Source of the DNA: Bacillota bacterium | GTDB lineage: Bacteria; Bacillota; SHA-98; Ch115 | Direction of reading: 5' to 3' | Length of the DNA: 64,000 bases | Assembly: GCA_013178415.1 (NCBI GenBank) | Contig: JABLXA010000003.1 | Span: forward strand, 815 to 64,814 | Shown: positions 19,001 through 28,582 of the stretch, piece after piece | How the letters are laid out: the number at the start of each line of letters is the position of its first letter | Position numbering within the stretch: the first letter of the stretch is position 1 | Program-made: the position numbers and the translations under genes | The notes under the pieces: generated by a model | The model's input: the letters and a program-made list of their open reading frames with translations, nothing else | What the model was told of the DNA's origin: nothing | The model's database searches: none

Positions 19001-19344
19001 AATCATGGGTGGACGAATTCATTGACCACACTGCTAGGTCAGCCTCCTGGAGCCTTGACGCCGCGTATGGTGGAGGCAAATCGTATCTACAAGAAGATGA
19101 CAGTACCAATAGACACCAGGACGACCTGGGCAGACTTGACGCATACCTTAAGGCATACAGAGCTGGTAAGCTTACCCGTGCAAATGAGTTTCACACCCTT
19201 GCGGTCTTACTTGAGGAAGCCGGACTCCTCACCGATGCCTTCAGAGTTTACCGAGATGCCCTGAGACTGGAGCCCACAAATCAGATGATAGTAGATGCTT
19301 TATTGAGGTTAGTTGGCAAAATGCGAAGAGGCCTTTCCCCATAG
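16072..19344 (+). CDS. multidomain glycosyltransferase: TPR - GT4-like - GT2 - TPR (candidate flagellin/glycan glycosyltransferase)
   Basis: GT4-like ILLTGSLEGISSQAAVTAMAYGLPIIL; GT2 TLSLCMIVKNEERFLARCLDSV...IIVDTGSTDRTVEIA...DADEVL; TPR repeats at both ends; 1090 aa. Confidence 0.8.
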   Translation: MKVIPEIEYKTCYLDGRLGRAREILRKLIAEHPDCGAFYADLALVYLQQGEIAEARNAAEKARALVVSGNDATPPGEELLSDTSLGNVSSGGSVPARPDILAAIGFVRERIGDHEGALNLYEEAKSAICSTGRRRLWIDHAIERVRKRLSGHEGLEEDKEGQNESRRQHVQAQLRISYFLDPNLGPDALRLVCEHMNRLMARGHKVYAIARVDKLDGLLAEIIRVPAREELYERTPDSDIVVATSWRTAFDAARVHGAVPFYFVLPSPGFEPNGNPGAGGGAGSMTGSAAESADQSSKNLEASFRLPLKLIASSDHVRDVLKTRYNRRAEVVPYGVDSNVEPGAEGRTGGPLAMVPDPGIQEADKIQTVKDRPTRLLVVGSDKDEWTESIYAALRLVIERRQDKVEVVRISPSRRLDFSFHVTKWVENPDSSQLANVFSECDILLTGSLEGISSQAAVTAMAYGLPIILCAGEEKLTSHTDSVEGIRVDVPPFKDNAPEGHAVPAPYLMAPLNDAEAIVRAIETLIDDEELRREIGSKGREFAKVYTWERVIDQLEGLFRASTTDVQLAYPSAAALGVFPAGGAGASGGRPRRRPTLSLCMIVKNEERFLARCLDSVKDVVDEMIIVDTGSTDRTVEIAKSYGAKVYFHEWKNDFAEARNASLEKATGDWILVMDADEVLAPGMYTVIHRLIDTGIRAIYCARISNRKSIEDDQSLFDHFMNRLFPSDPDIRFVGSVHERIISLSNEPLPVRSILDFVIFHIGYQREILAGRRKHARNLAILEQCVRNNPSDPYYHYSLGGTYHAIGKVNLAIDELSEAYRLCKERPDDGMSKAIAVSSLCVLSRIVYSFGGRDLAEHYLREALDISPTNTDVLYSLAEIARMKTEWNTAKDLYIKAINHGNSQFWGLTHDPATAAWKAWLGLGVCQTALGDFEHAHQSFERAASLCPSPAELLGPLVHVRNHLASLHDDILSRSLKSWVDEFIDHTARSASWSLDAAYGGGKSYLQEDDSTNRHQDDLGRLDAYLKAYRAGKLTRANEFHTLAVLLEEAGLLTDAFRVYRDALRLEPTNQMIVDALLRLVGKMRRGLSP

Positions 19345-19551
19345 ACAATGGTTCATCGCGGATTTGTGTAAGGCTGGCTACATAAAAACAGGTCAATCCT
19401 CTTGAATGCCGATGTATGAACATTTACTCTGGTCTATGCATATTATTCTTACATTGCTTAGTTTTCTACGGTATAGCTAATTCCTGTCGCCAAAATCATG
19501 AATGTCCTGATTCAATTTCGTAATAATCCGCGGTGAACCTAGATAATTTGA

Positions 19552-19590
19552 GGGAGGCAGGAATCTCTACGCCTCCCCTGTTTCCTATTT
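19552..19590. terminator. bidirectional rho-independent terminator between the GT gene and flagellin
   Basis: gggaggc-aggaatctctac-gcctccc hairpin followed by ctgtttcctattt. Confidence 0.55.
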
Positions 19591-19608
19591 AGCTGAGCTG
19601 AATATAAC

Positions 19609-20748
19609 TTACCGGAACAGACTGAGAACTGCCTGAGGAGCCACATTAGCCTGCGCCAGCATTGCCGTAGCAGTTTGCTGCAGTATGGACAGCTTCATCG
19701 CCTCGAGCTGTTCAGATGCCATATCAGCATTCATGATACGGCTGTATGCTGCTTCTGTATTGGCCTTTGCGATTGTCAGATTCTCTTCTTTTGAGGTAAG
19801 CCGTGAGACGAGGGCACCGATTTCTGTCATACTCTGGGATACAATAGCTATGGCATTATCGATTTCCCCGAGGTATATTTGTGCCTTATCATATGAACTA
19901 ACGTGGGACGAATAATTGATACTTGCCGTTGCATTCAGGTCCGCTGTTACACCCGTGGTAACAAGGTTCAATTGCACGCCAAGCCCCGTATCCCATAAGC
20001 CGCCGCTGATACTCGCTGCCGATATACTAGCTAGTTCTGTTGTGTCTTTCTTGAGCGAAACGGTCCCAGTGATATTCCCGCTGCTGTCATACTTAACATC
20101 TAGTGTATAATCCCCATATGCCAGTTCGTCCATGCCCGTTCCAGGGGCCGTTGCTAAAACAGATGTCAAGATGTCATTCCCGTCGCCCGTTTCGGTAGCG
20201 TAACTGCTGAGGGCATTCAGGCCCACAGTTGTGTGGTCATTTGCCAGAACGAACTCTGTCTTTTGATCTACTTCGGGGCCAGTCTGGAATTTCATAGGAT
20301 TTGTCTTGGTCAATTTGCCAAGTAGAAGATCTTGCTTATTCCACTGCGTCTCCCTAGCTATGGTATCTACCTCTTCGAGCAGTGACTTTATTTGCGCGGC
20401 TATTGCCTCTCTCTCACTCGCTCCCAAAGTGTCATTAGCCGCTTGTGCTACCTTATCACGGACAGCGAGAAGAATATCGTTGATCTTCGATAGTCCACCT
20501 TCCGCCACGGCCAAGAGATTCTTCGCGTCCCCAATATTATCAAGTGCTACCCCTAGTCCTCTCGTCCTCGCATTGAACTTAATCCCGATTGTCAACCCCG
20601 CCGGATCATCCGACGCCTGGTTGATCCTCTTACCAGTCGACAGTCGGAGCTGGTGGATGCCGAGTTTGGTGTTGATGTCTTTCAGGGCGTTCAAGGCGTT
20701 GAGTCCTGCTATGTTACTAGCGATTCTTGTAAGATCGCTTTGTGCCAT
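19609..20748 (-). CDS. fliC: flagellin
   Basis: N-terminal LNALNALKDINTKLGIHQLRLSTGKRINQASDDPAGLTIGIKFNARTRGL and C-terminal MASEQLEAMKLSILQQTATAMLAQANVAPQAVLSLFR, the conserved flagellin N/C domains. GGAGG RBS lies 8 nt upstream of the start. Confidence 0.9.
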   Translation of the reverse strand: MAQSDLTRIASNIAGLNALNALKDINTKLGIHQLRLSTGKRINQASDDPAGLTIGIKFNARTRGLGVALDNIGDAKNLLAVAEGGLSKINDILLAVRDKVAQAANDTLGASEREAIAAQIKSLLEEVDTIARETQWNKQDLLLGKLTKTNPMKFQTGPEVDQKTEFVLANDHTTVGLNALSSYATETGDGNDILTSVLATAPGTGMDELAYGDYTLDVKYDSSGNITGTVSLKKDTTELASISAASISGGLWDTGLGVQLNLVTTGVTADLNATASINYSSHVSSYDKAQIYLGEIDNAIAIVSQSMTEIGALVSRLTSKEENLTIAKANTEAAYSRIMNADMASEQLEAMKLSILQQTATAMLAQANVAPQAVLSLFR

Positions 20749-21600
20749 TTTGACCTACCTCCCTATACTTTTTGTCGCCGGGCCGTGCAATTCTGAATTC
20801 GGCGTTTCTTCGCCCGGCGTAATCTTTTTCGCTCTGGGATCCCGCACTGCTTCCGCGATCGTGCGCTCTTCCAGGATCGCATTTCCTCTGAAAGCTTAGG
20901 GGCCTCTACGATCCTGTGCTCTCTGGAAATCCTGTATTTCCACAATTCTGAGATCATATAACGTTTACTTGGCAGCGGGTCCTGGGTTCCGGTATTGGCC
21001 GAAGGACTGCGGGACCCGGATGCGCAGTCCTTGGTAATTCTTCATTTTTCAGGGGCTGACCTTTAGGTCAAGACTCTCTTAGCTTACCGGATGCCTTTTC
21101 ACCTCCCTGCGTTAGACACATTGAACGTTGTCTGGCTGCTGCGAGCGAGGGATGGAATCATCCAACCATCGCAGCGCTAAATCTCTCGAAATCTTACGTC
21201 CACTATGTTTATCGGTATGTCGGGGAAGGACTTTAGGGGAGTGATCACAAAACCGAATTTACCGAATGCCGTCGAGGGTGAGAATCAGACTGATCCTGCG
21301 GTTGTGCATATAGATTGCCGAATCAGAACTGAAAGATAACCCAGCTATGTCACCACGCGGTTGCCAGGCGCACCGCACACTGTTAGCTCATATTTCTAGA
21401 TTCGAGCTTGATCATCTATAACATGAAAGGACTAGTTAGGTATCGCGGAGCGAAGGAAGCGCTCAAGATAGCCGGAGAACCATCCGTGCTAATTTGGTTC
21501 ACTCTACTCCGCATCATCCGCATCACGCATCATCCGCACTATTGCATTATTTACCCTAATGTATGATTTGCTCTGCAATGTATGAGTCATATGATCCGCT

Positions 21601-23181
21601 CTACTCCGCCTCCTCCGCCCTGCACACAAAAGAGCCGTCTTTCGTCGGATATGCGGAGAAGAACCTCCTGCCGCATTTGGGGCAGGTGAGGGGTTCGACT
21701 GAATTCGTGGCCAGGTTGTAGAAGACTTCCTGTGTATAGACCGAATCTTTATGCTGCACTTCGAGAATGGCCTTGACCTTCGGCATCACCTGGATTGTCA
21801 CGCTATCAAGACGCGCCTCAGCCGTCATCTTATACTTTCCGATGACATCCGATATTCGCCGTTGTCGATCCAATTGGGTTGCCTGTATCTTGGCCTCTAT
21901 CCGCGACTTTTTCTCAGGATCGCCGGCCGTCTCTGCCCTGGCCTTAAGATCCTCCAGAGTCTTTTCATAGAATCCCAGCACCTTCACAAGTTCTCTCTGG
22001 CAAAAGCCGCTTACCTCTACCTGATATGTGGCCAGCCTGGCCCTGGACATCTCCTGGAGGCGGGCCAGCGCGGCGTCAAGAACCTCTTTATAGGGGCGCC
22101 TCTCTGCCAAAGGGATTCCCGGGTAAGGTGCCCTATTAGCACTGCCTGCCCTATTGGCACTATCTGCTCCATTGGCCCTGTCGGCCGTGCTAGTCGCGCC
22201 ATCGGAAGAAACAGGATTTCTCGCGCGCCCGGATGCGTCTCGGACATAAGGCGCCTCACCACCGTCACCGCCTTTGTGCGCTACTTGAGCCATAGGACGT
22301 GACCCCGCGCTTCCAGACAGCATGTCCAGGTCATCGCTCCAGAACACCGTCCTGGATTCATCGAGGAGATCAGTGTCATCCGCAAGGGTGCTGGCATCAA
22401 TGGCAATAGCTATAGAATCGCTGAATTTCTCGTCCGAGATATATGACACTATGAATCGGAACACCACCCTTTCATACGCCTGGATGGTGGTTGTCTTGAG
22501 CGTGGGCCGTCTGCAGCGATTGAAACCGACCTTACTCTCGATCCTGCCCATGAGGTTTTGGGGAACCCTGATAGCTGAAACCATGGCAGACTCCCTTATC
22601 ACACGCCCGACTTCGCTCCCGAGCGAAATGAACTTGTCAAGCGCAGGGCTGCCGAAGGTCACAAACTCGGCCCCAGGAGTCTCTTTCGCCACATCATAGT
22701 CGAAGGCGAGGGTCGCGAATTCCGGAAGAGAAAACCTGGCTGCAATATCCCCGGGCAGGGCCACATTAACGAGGGCATAGCTCGGGACCTCGACGATCCC
22801 TCCCGTGATTGTCACAAGGTCAAGAATAAATCTCTGGAGGTCGCCACGGCGCTCTTGGTCCTGCGGTCGTCCACTCTCCACTCCACCAGTCGCAAATTGC
22901 CTGCCCTCCGCAACACAGGAATCCGCCCTGCGATCGTTGTTTTCCGCATGATTGTTGTTTCCCACATGATCGCTATCTCCCGCCTGACCATTATTTCTAT
23001 TCCCCGCGCGACCGTTATTCCCCGCGCGACCGTTATTCCCCGCGCGCCCTCGATGCTCAACCTGCTCCGTATTCCTCTTTCCACCTCTGTCCCTATTTCC
23101 GCTTCTATCCTCAGCGCGCGGTTTCTCGGCGGTCTTGGCATCCGCTTGTCCTGTCGATCGCGCTAGGTTGGACCTCACCAT
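21601..23181 (-). CDS. hypothetical protein with N-terminal G/N/R-rich repeats and C-terminal zinc ribbon (possibly YqhG-like partner of the downstream-encoded SNF2 helicase)
   Basis: GRAGNNGRAGNNGRAGN repeats encoded by 3 x 18-bp DNA repeats; C-terminal CPKCGRRF...FVCRAEE; co-directional with, and immediately downstream of, the helicase. Confidence 0.45.
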   Translation of the reverse strand: MVRSNLARSTGQADAKTAEKPRAEDRSGNRDRGGKRNTEQVEHRGRAGNNGRAGNNGRAGNRNNGQAGDSDHVGNNNHAENNDRRADSCVAEGRQFATGGVESGRPQDQERRGDLQRFILDLVTITGGIVEVPSYALVNVALPGDIAARFSLPEFATLAFDYDVAKETPGAEFVTFGSPALDKFISLGSEVGRVIRESAMVSAIRVPQNLMGRIESKVGFNRCRRPTLKTTTIQAYERVVFRFIVSYISDEKFSDSIAIAIDASTLADDTDLLDESRTVFWSDDLDMLSGSAGSRPMAQVAHKGGDGGEAPYVRDASGRARNPVSSDGATSTADRANGADSANRAGSANRAPYPGIPLAERRPYKEVLDAALARLQEMSRARLATYQVEVSGFCQRELVKVLGFYEKTLEDLKARAETAGDPEKKSRIEAKIQATQLDRQRRISDVIGKYKMTAEARLDSVTIQVMPKVKAILEVQHKDSVYTQEVFYNLATNSVEPLTCPKCGRRFFSAYPTKDGSFVCRAEEAE

Positions 23182-23395
23182 TTACGATCCCCTCTCCCAA
23201 ATAAGACAGATCCATTCGCACTTTACTTTCTCGAGTCAGACTGGTTCATTCGCGTTTTCCTCTCCCGCATCAAACACAGATTCATTCGGACATTCCGCTC
23301 CCAAACCAGACAAGTCTATTTGCGCCTTCCTATCCCGAATCAGACTGGCCCATTCGCGCTTTCCCCTCCCGAATCAAACGCGGCTATCCGCTCAC
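23179..23395. repeat. ~6 degenerate tandem 36-bp repeats in the helicase / Zn-ribbon intergenic region
   Basis: Consensus CATTCGCGYTTTCCYCTCCCGAATCARACRCAGAYT repeated from 23179 to 23395. Confidence 0.7.
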
Positions 23396-25921
23396 GGCCT
23401 TCCCTTCCGCTTTCGACTCCTGCTCCGCTGAACTCAATTCAGAACCAAATATCTTGTCATCATATTCCTTCGTCTGTTCATACCGGGCCTTAGCCTGAGC
23501 CAATTTCTCCCCAAGGGAATCGAATCCCTGTCGAAGTTCTTCCTCAGTCTTGGCGCCCGCCCAGAGGTCCATGATAGTATCCTCAAAGTCCTCTTCTTCC
23601 TCCACATTGCCCAGGATCATGTCCAGTTCGCCTATCACCAGCTCGAACATGTTGATCTTCGCATCAAGAATGTCGAGTATATGCGCCTCAAGGGTCTCGG
23701 CGGCTGACAGGTTGAAAACAAAGACATCATTCTCCTGGCCGATTCTATGAATTCGGCCAATCCGCTGCTCTATCTTCATGGGGTTCCATGGGAGGTCGAA
23801 ATTCGCCATGACATGACAGAATTGAAGGTTCCGCCCTTCCCCGCCTGACTCAGTTGAAAGAAGCACCTGCTTATCCCCTCTGAAGGCCTCGACAGCTCGT
23901 TCCTTATCTAGGCGCGGCATTTCCCCTGAAAAAGTTGCAAACTGTATCCCCGACTTTTTCAGAAATTGAGCGAGGAATTCCAGTGTAGCAGTATAGCCAG
24001 TAAAGACCAGGACCTTTTCTCCGGTATTCTGAAGGAGTTTCAGGAGAGCCTGGGCCTTCGCCGAGTCTTCAATAGCCTCCCCTATATCGATAAGAAACCT
24101 TAGATCTTTCCTGGCGCCGTTGAAATTCCCCGAATCAAGCATCTTGCGGAGGGTCGGCACCGCGGCGAAGGCGCTAGAGCCAGCTTCTTTCTGGAGTGTT
24201 TTCAAGGTGAACCTGTTAACCGCTTTCCCATTAGCCCGCCCATCAAGCCCTGCGCCATATTGTGCCCTGACGAATTCACTCACCTTTGAATAGAATTCCG
24301 CCTCTTGTGGACTGAGCGCGACTCGCACGGTTTCCGCCCTTCTCCTGGGAAGCTGAATGCCGCATGTTTCGCGGCGGTTCCGCACCATAACCTCCTTCAT
24401 TAGCCCACGCAATTCTGAGACATTCCTCGGCTTGAGCTTGTCCCCCCTGGTGATGAACCTCCGGGAGAAATCAGATGCCGTCTCAAGCTGGCCTGGGCGG
24501 AGAAGGGTTATGAGGTTGAAAAGTTCATGAAGATCATTCTGCACTGGAGTCGCGGTGAGAAGGAGAATGTATTTCTTTTTGAGTCCATTTACGAGCTTCC
24601 AGTTGAGGGTATTCTTGTTGCGGCACCGGTGCGCCTCATCGACGATCACAAGATCGAATGGTGCAGATTGAACCAGTCTGCTATGTGGTTCGCGCTTCGC
24701 AGTGTCGATAGACGCGATGATCCTGTCCACCTCGAGCCAGGGATTCTTGCGCGCAAGAAAAGATGGATCATCGGATGTGACAAAATCTATGTTGAATTTG
24801 GACCGCATTTCATCCATCCACTGAGACATGAGTGGCGGCGGGCATAAAATCAATACTCGCTTGGCGAGTCCCCTGAGAATATATTCCATCATCACGAGGC
24901 CGGCTTCAATTGTCTTGCCAAGTCCCACCTCATCAGCGAGGATAGCGCGACCGCGCATTCTCCGGAGCACTTCTTTCACTGCGCCGACCTGATATGTGAA
25001 TGGCAGGATATTTCGAACAACATCGAGCGATATCAGCCTGTCAAAACCCGGACTCGTAGAAAGAACAAGGGCCTTTCTGTGGACTTCCGCGCTTTCGCGG
25101 CTGTCGAATTGCCCCGCCTGGAGCCTCTTGAGCATCCCTTCTATAGACTCCTGGTCCACAGGGATTATGATATCCCCCGGCACGGAGAAAAGCTGGGCCT
25201 TGATAATATCTCGGGCCATTTTTTCGAAATCGATGACCTTCTGGCGATCAGATTCGACACTGATAGCCTTCTCGCGGCCGGATTCACCACCACCGGCAGC
25301 TTTCCGGTCATCGGACTCACCGGCAATACCCTTCCGCTGGTGAGACCCGCCAGTGGCATCGACTTCAGCGCGCTGCTTACTATAGTCAATTCTTTTGTTG
25401 GGGTCAGAGCTTTTGCCAGCGCCAGTAGCCCTGGGTCCGGAAAGACCTTTGTCACTAGCGATATTCCCTCGGACCCCTTTCCTTGCCCTGCTCTCAAGTA
25501 ACTTTGCAATGCTCATGCGTCCCGCCGCTATTTGCTGCTTTATCAGAAACGCGTCAACAAGACTAATATCTATTCCTTCAATATCAGCGATCTCAGCGGC
25601 AGTAACGAACATATAGACTCTCTTAACATTATTTGTTTTTCCAATATATAGATATGGATTTTCATCTTTGAGGTTGTCCCCCATAATCTCGACAAAGAAC
25701 TCCCATAGGCCGGGCGCGAAGATAACACTATGCCTGCGGTGGAATTCAGCGGTAATGGATATGTTATGGGTTAGACCGCCCAAAGTAAGAAATTCCACAT
25801 CCCGCTTATGTGGAAGGATCTCCTTGACATCCTTGTCCACATGCAGCATATCGCGCGCTAACAATGTGACATCCAGGCGGATCTTTATCAAATCATATGG
25901 ATGCACATGGACCTCAAGCAA
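23384..25921 (-). CDS. SNF2-family helicase (YqhH-like) with ~330 aa N-terminal region of unknown function
   Basis: ILADEVGLGKTIEAGLVM (motif I), DEAHRCRN (II), helicase-C LLSTESGGEGRNLQFCHVMANFDLPWNPMKIEQRIGRIHRIGQ. Confidence 0.85.
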   Translation of the reverse strand: MLEVHVHPYDLIKIRLDVTLLARDMLHVDKDVKEILPHKRDVEFLTLGGLTHNISITAEFHRRHSVIFAPGLWEFFVEIMGDNLKDENPYLYIGKTNNVKRVYMFVTAAEIADIEGIDISLVDAFLIKQQIAAGRMSIAKLLESRARKGVRGNIASDKGLSGPRATGAGKSSDPNKRIDYSKQRAEVDATGGSHQRKGIAGESDDRKAAGGGESGREKAISVESDRQKVIDFEKMARDIIKAQLFSVPGDIIIPVDQESIEGMLKRLQAGQFDSRESAEVHRKALVLSTSPGFDRLISLDVVRNILPFTYQVGAVKEVLRRMRGRAILADEVGLGKTIEAGLVMMEYILRGLAKRVLILCPPPLMSQWMDEMRSKFNIDFVTSDDPSFLARKNPWLEVDRIIASIDTAKREPHSRLVQSAPFDLVIVDEAHRCRNKNTLNWKLVNGLKKKYILLLTATPVQNDLHELFNLITLLRPGQLETASDFSRRFITRGDKLKPRNVSELRGLMKEVMVRNRRETCGIQLPRRRAETVRVALSPQEAEFYSKVSEFVRAQYGAGLDGRANGKAVNRFTLKTLQKEAGSSAFAAVPTLRKMLDSGNFNGARKDLRFLIDIGEAIEDSAKAQALLKLLQNTGEKVLVFTGYTATLEFLAQFLKKSGIQFATFSGEMPRLDKERAVEAFRGDKQVLLSTESGGEGRNLQFCHVMANFDLPWNPMKIEQRIGRIHRIGQENDVFVFNLSAAETLEAHILDILDAKINMFELVIGELDMILGNVEEEEDFEDTIMDLWAGAKTEEELRQGFDSLGEKLAQAKARYEQTKEYDDKIFGSELSSAEQESKAEGKAVSG

Positions 25922-25965
25922 GCAGCTATCACCTCCTGATCATTATAGCATACCCCCAGGACTGC

Positions 25966-27555
25966 CTATGCCATTCTCAACGTAAACCAAAATTCCGTCC
26001 CATGCCCTGCTTCGCTTGAGGCGCCAACCTCACCTCCATGAGATTCGATGATCCTTTTCACGATAGAAAGGCCAATACCAGTCCCGACTCCCTCTTCGCG
26101 GCTCCTGGCTTTATTCACCTTGTAAAACCTGTCCCAGATATATGGAAGGTCCTCGCGTGGAATTCCCCGACCAGTGTCCGTTACGCTCACGCGGACGAAT
26201 CCGCGCGCTGATTCACTCCCCTCAGCAATTCTTGCTGACAATGTTATGCTTCCACCCCGTGGAGTAGCGTGAATCGCGTTATTGATCAAGTTAGACAGAA
26301 CCTGCTCTATCCTGTCGCCGTCAGCCATCACGGGAGGCAGATCCGGGGGCACATCATCGACCATGGAGATGCCAGATTCAGAGACCTTGAGCGCCAGCTT
26401 TTCCAGAACACTTTCAACCACTTCTTTAATATTGAGCGGGCTGAATTCCATCTTTGCCTTTCCCGCCTCGATACGCGATAGGTCAAGCAAATCCTCGAGG
26501 AGCCGGTCTGTACGGATCGATTCATCCCGAATGAGTCTAAGATATTTCTGCCGCTGTTCGTCGCTTTGAACCGTACCATCGGTGAGCGCCTGAGCAAAGC
26601 CGCGTATGGCAGTGAGCGGCGCCCTTAATTCATGTGAGACATTTGCGATGAATTCACGACGATTTTCTTCGATGCGGCCGAGTTCCTCCGCCATGTGATT
26701 GAATGAATGGGCGAGCTCGCGAATTTCGTCGCCCACAGGATTTGATGGATTTCCTATATAGGGTAATTCCTCCCGGCTCGCGAAATCGCCTCGAGCCATT
26801 CGCACCGCGATTTTACTCATCTGGCGAATAGGCCGGGAGACATGGCGGGAGATGGAATAGCCCAACCCCAGGGCGACGATTAGAGCCAGCAGGCCCGCAT
26901 AGGCAATAAATCGCATGAGTTGGTTCGAGGTGGCGATTATGCCGGTAACCGGTGAATGAAGGATCAGGGCGCCCACCACTTCACCATCGCGTTTGATTGG
27001 AATGCCCACTGAAATCACTTGACGCGTGATTGGCGGGGACGGGGACGGCGCCACCCCGTCTGGTGGGCCCATGCGGCCCGGGCCGGGAACAGGAGGCCCC
27101 ATGCGATGTGGTCCAGGACTGGGGCCGGGGCCACGACCATACGGGCCCATGCGGCCCTCCTCGGGGAGCGGCAGCTGAGCGCGCCGCACGACAGTCTCGC
27201 CGGCCAAGATGCGTTCCACCTCATCGGAACTCAGCCTCATCCCGCGAAATCTCCCCCTGCCAGGGCGAGATGTGGCCACAACTAATCCGGTCCTATCCAC
27301 AATCCAGGCCCGCGCATTCACAAAGGTATCAAGGGCATCCAGTATCCGCAGTGTGGTGGCTTCACTTTCCCTGCCCTCAAGGAAATCGCTTGCGATATTG
27401 GCAATCTCCTGTCCCTTAGTTACGAGCTCACGTTCCTTAGAAGTGATGAAATAGCCTTGAATAAGGCGAGAAAGGGTTATAGCGGGAATACTCAATGCAA
27501 CGACGATGACTACGATATATGTGATAAGAAGCCTTGCGAAAAAACTCTTAGGCAA
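25966..27555 (-). CDS. sensor histidine kinase (HAMP-HisKA-HATPase; CpxA/BaeS-like)
   Basis: HisKA box VSHELRAPLTAIRGF; N/G boxes LINNAIHATP and DTGRGIPREDLPYIWDRFYK...GTGIGLSIVKRIIESHGG; two TM segments. Confidence 0.9.
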   Translation of the reverse strand: MPKSFFARLLITYIVVIVVALSIPAITLSRLIQGYFITSKERELVTKGQEIANIASDFLEGRESEATTLRILDALDTFVNARAWIVDRTGLVVATSRPGRGRFRGMRLSSDEVERILAGETVVRRAQLPLPEEGRMGPYGRGPGPSPGPHRMGPPVPGPGRMGPPDGVAPSPSPPITRQVISVGIPIKRDGEVVGALILHSPVTGIIATSNQLMRFIAYAGLLALIVALGLGYSISRHVSRPIRQMSKIAVRMARGDFASREELPYIGNPSNPVGDEIRELAHSFNHMAEELGRIEENRREFIANVSHELRAPLTAIRGFAQALTDGTVQSDEQRQKYLRLIRDESIRTDRLLEDLLDLSRIEAGKAKMEFSPLNIKEVVESVLEKLALKVSESGISMVDDVPPDLPPVMADGDRIEQVLSNLINNAIHATPRGGSITLSARIAEGSESARGFVRVSVTDTGRGIPREDLPYIWDRFYKVNKARSREEGVGTGIGLSIVKRIIESHGGEVGASSEAGHGTEFWFTLRMA

Positions 27556-27608
27556 TTAGCTCACCTCATATGTGACAGAAGGCCCCCGGGTGATTTGCTC
27601 GCTCTCGG

Positions 27609-27740
27609 GGTGGTCCCTCATGCCGCCATGGCAGCACCATCATGGGGATGAAAATTCCCCGAAGTGGCCACCGCTATCTTCTGGGTCGACGCCCATGCTG
27701 CTGCTGCGGCACCATCAGAGTAATGAAAACCGCGGCGCGC
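27609..27740 (-). repeat. family A dispersed element, two tandem copies (A2, A3), inserted between the HK and RR genes
   Basis: Reverse complement reads catgcgcgccgcggttttcattactctgatggtgccgcagcagca...aattttcatccccatgatggtgctgccatggcggcatgaggg. Confidence 0.7.
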
Positions 27741-27829
27741 ATGTTCAGGGTAGTATCGCAGGGGACCCCCGGATAATCGGCTCGCCCCCGCGGACCAATG
27801 GCCATCCGATATGCGCCTCCTCGCCAGGT

Positions 27830-28582
27830 CTACTCCAACAACTCAAACTTATATCCCACACCCCAGACAGTCTTTATCCGCCAGGGGCGCTGCTCACCCG
27901 GTTTCGGCGCCAGCTTTTCCCTGATCCTCTTTATATGAACATCCACGGTGCGGTCATCCCCATAAAAATCTTGGCCCCACACATGCTGGATCAGCTGTTC
28001 TCTGGTAAAAGCTTTCCCAGGATTGCCGGCAAGAACCCATAACAACTCGATCTCTTTTCTGGTGAAAGGAACTACCTCGCCTTCAACCCTCACTTCGTAT
28101 TCAGAAAGACTCACAGAAAGGGATGGGTAATTGATGACCTTATCATCGGGGCGGGTCTGCGCGGAAGGCCAGTCAGACTGGCGCGCTCGCCTCAAAACAG
28201 CCTTGACCCTCGCGACAAGTTCAATTGGGTTGAAAGGCTTGGCCACATAATCATCAGCGCCCAATTCGAGCCCCAGGATCTTGTCATGATCCTCGGACTT
28301 TGCCGTGAGCATGATTATCGGAAGCCCAGGTTCATCTTCCCTGAGACGCTTCAATACCTGCCACCCATCAAGATCCGGCAACATCACATCGAGTATGACA
28401 AGCACCGGAACCTGATCTCGCGCTTTCTGAATAGCCTCTTGGCCATTCTTAGCACTCGTGGTGGAAAGCCCCTCCTTTTCCAGATAGAGTCTGAGGAGCT
28501 CCAGCACATTTTCATCATCATCAACCAGCAAAATCTGCGGAATTCCCGCCTCTCGCGGGGTTCCTACATCGATCGTATTCAC
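27830..28582 (-). CDS. OmpR-family response regulator
   Basis: Receiver domain LLVDDDENV...ILDVMLPDLDG...LTAKSEDHD, plus the winged-helix C-terminus LTRKEIELLWVLAGNPGKAFTREQLIQHVWG. Confidence 0.9.
   Translation of the reverse strand: MNTIDVGTPREAGIPQILLVDDDENVLELLRLYLEKEGLSTTSAKNGQEAIQKARDQVPVLVILDVMLPDLDGWQVLKRLREDEPGLPIIMLTAKSEDHDKILGLELGADDYVAKPFNPIELVARVKAVLRRARQSDWPSAQTRPDDKVINYPSLSVSLSEYEVRVEGEVVPFTRKEIELLWVLAGNPGKAFTREQLIQHVWGQDFYGDDRTVDVHIKRIREKLAPKPGEQRPWRIKTVWGVGYKFELLE

Noticed and set aside
27015-27419. Antisense and alternate-frame ORFs inside the histidine kinase gene
   Set aside because: They lie entirely within a well-supported HK coding region and have Arg/Pro-rich composition typical of spurious GC-rich frames.
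27572-28042. 156-aa plus-strand ORF spanning the family-A repeats and running antisense into the response regulator
   Set aside because: The frame exists only because two repeat copies each contribute an ATG-containing segment, and it then runs antisense through the regulator gene. It is not a credible protein, though the short repeat-encoded peptide frames are noted in the findings.
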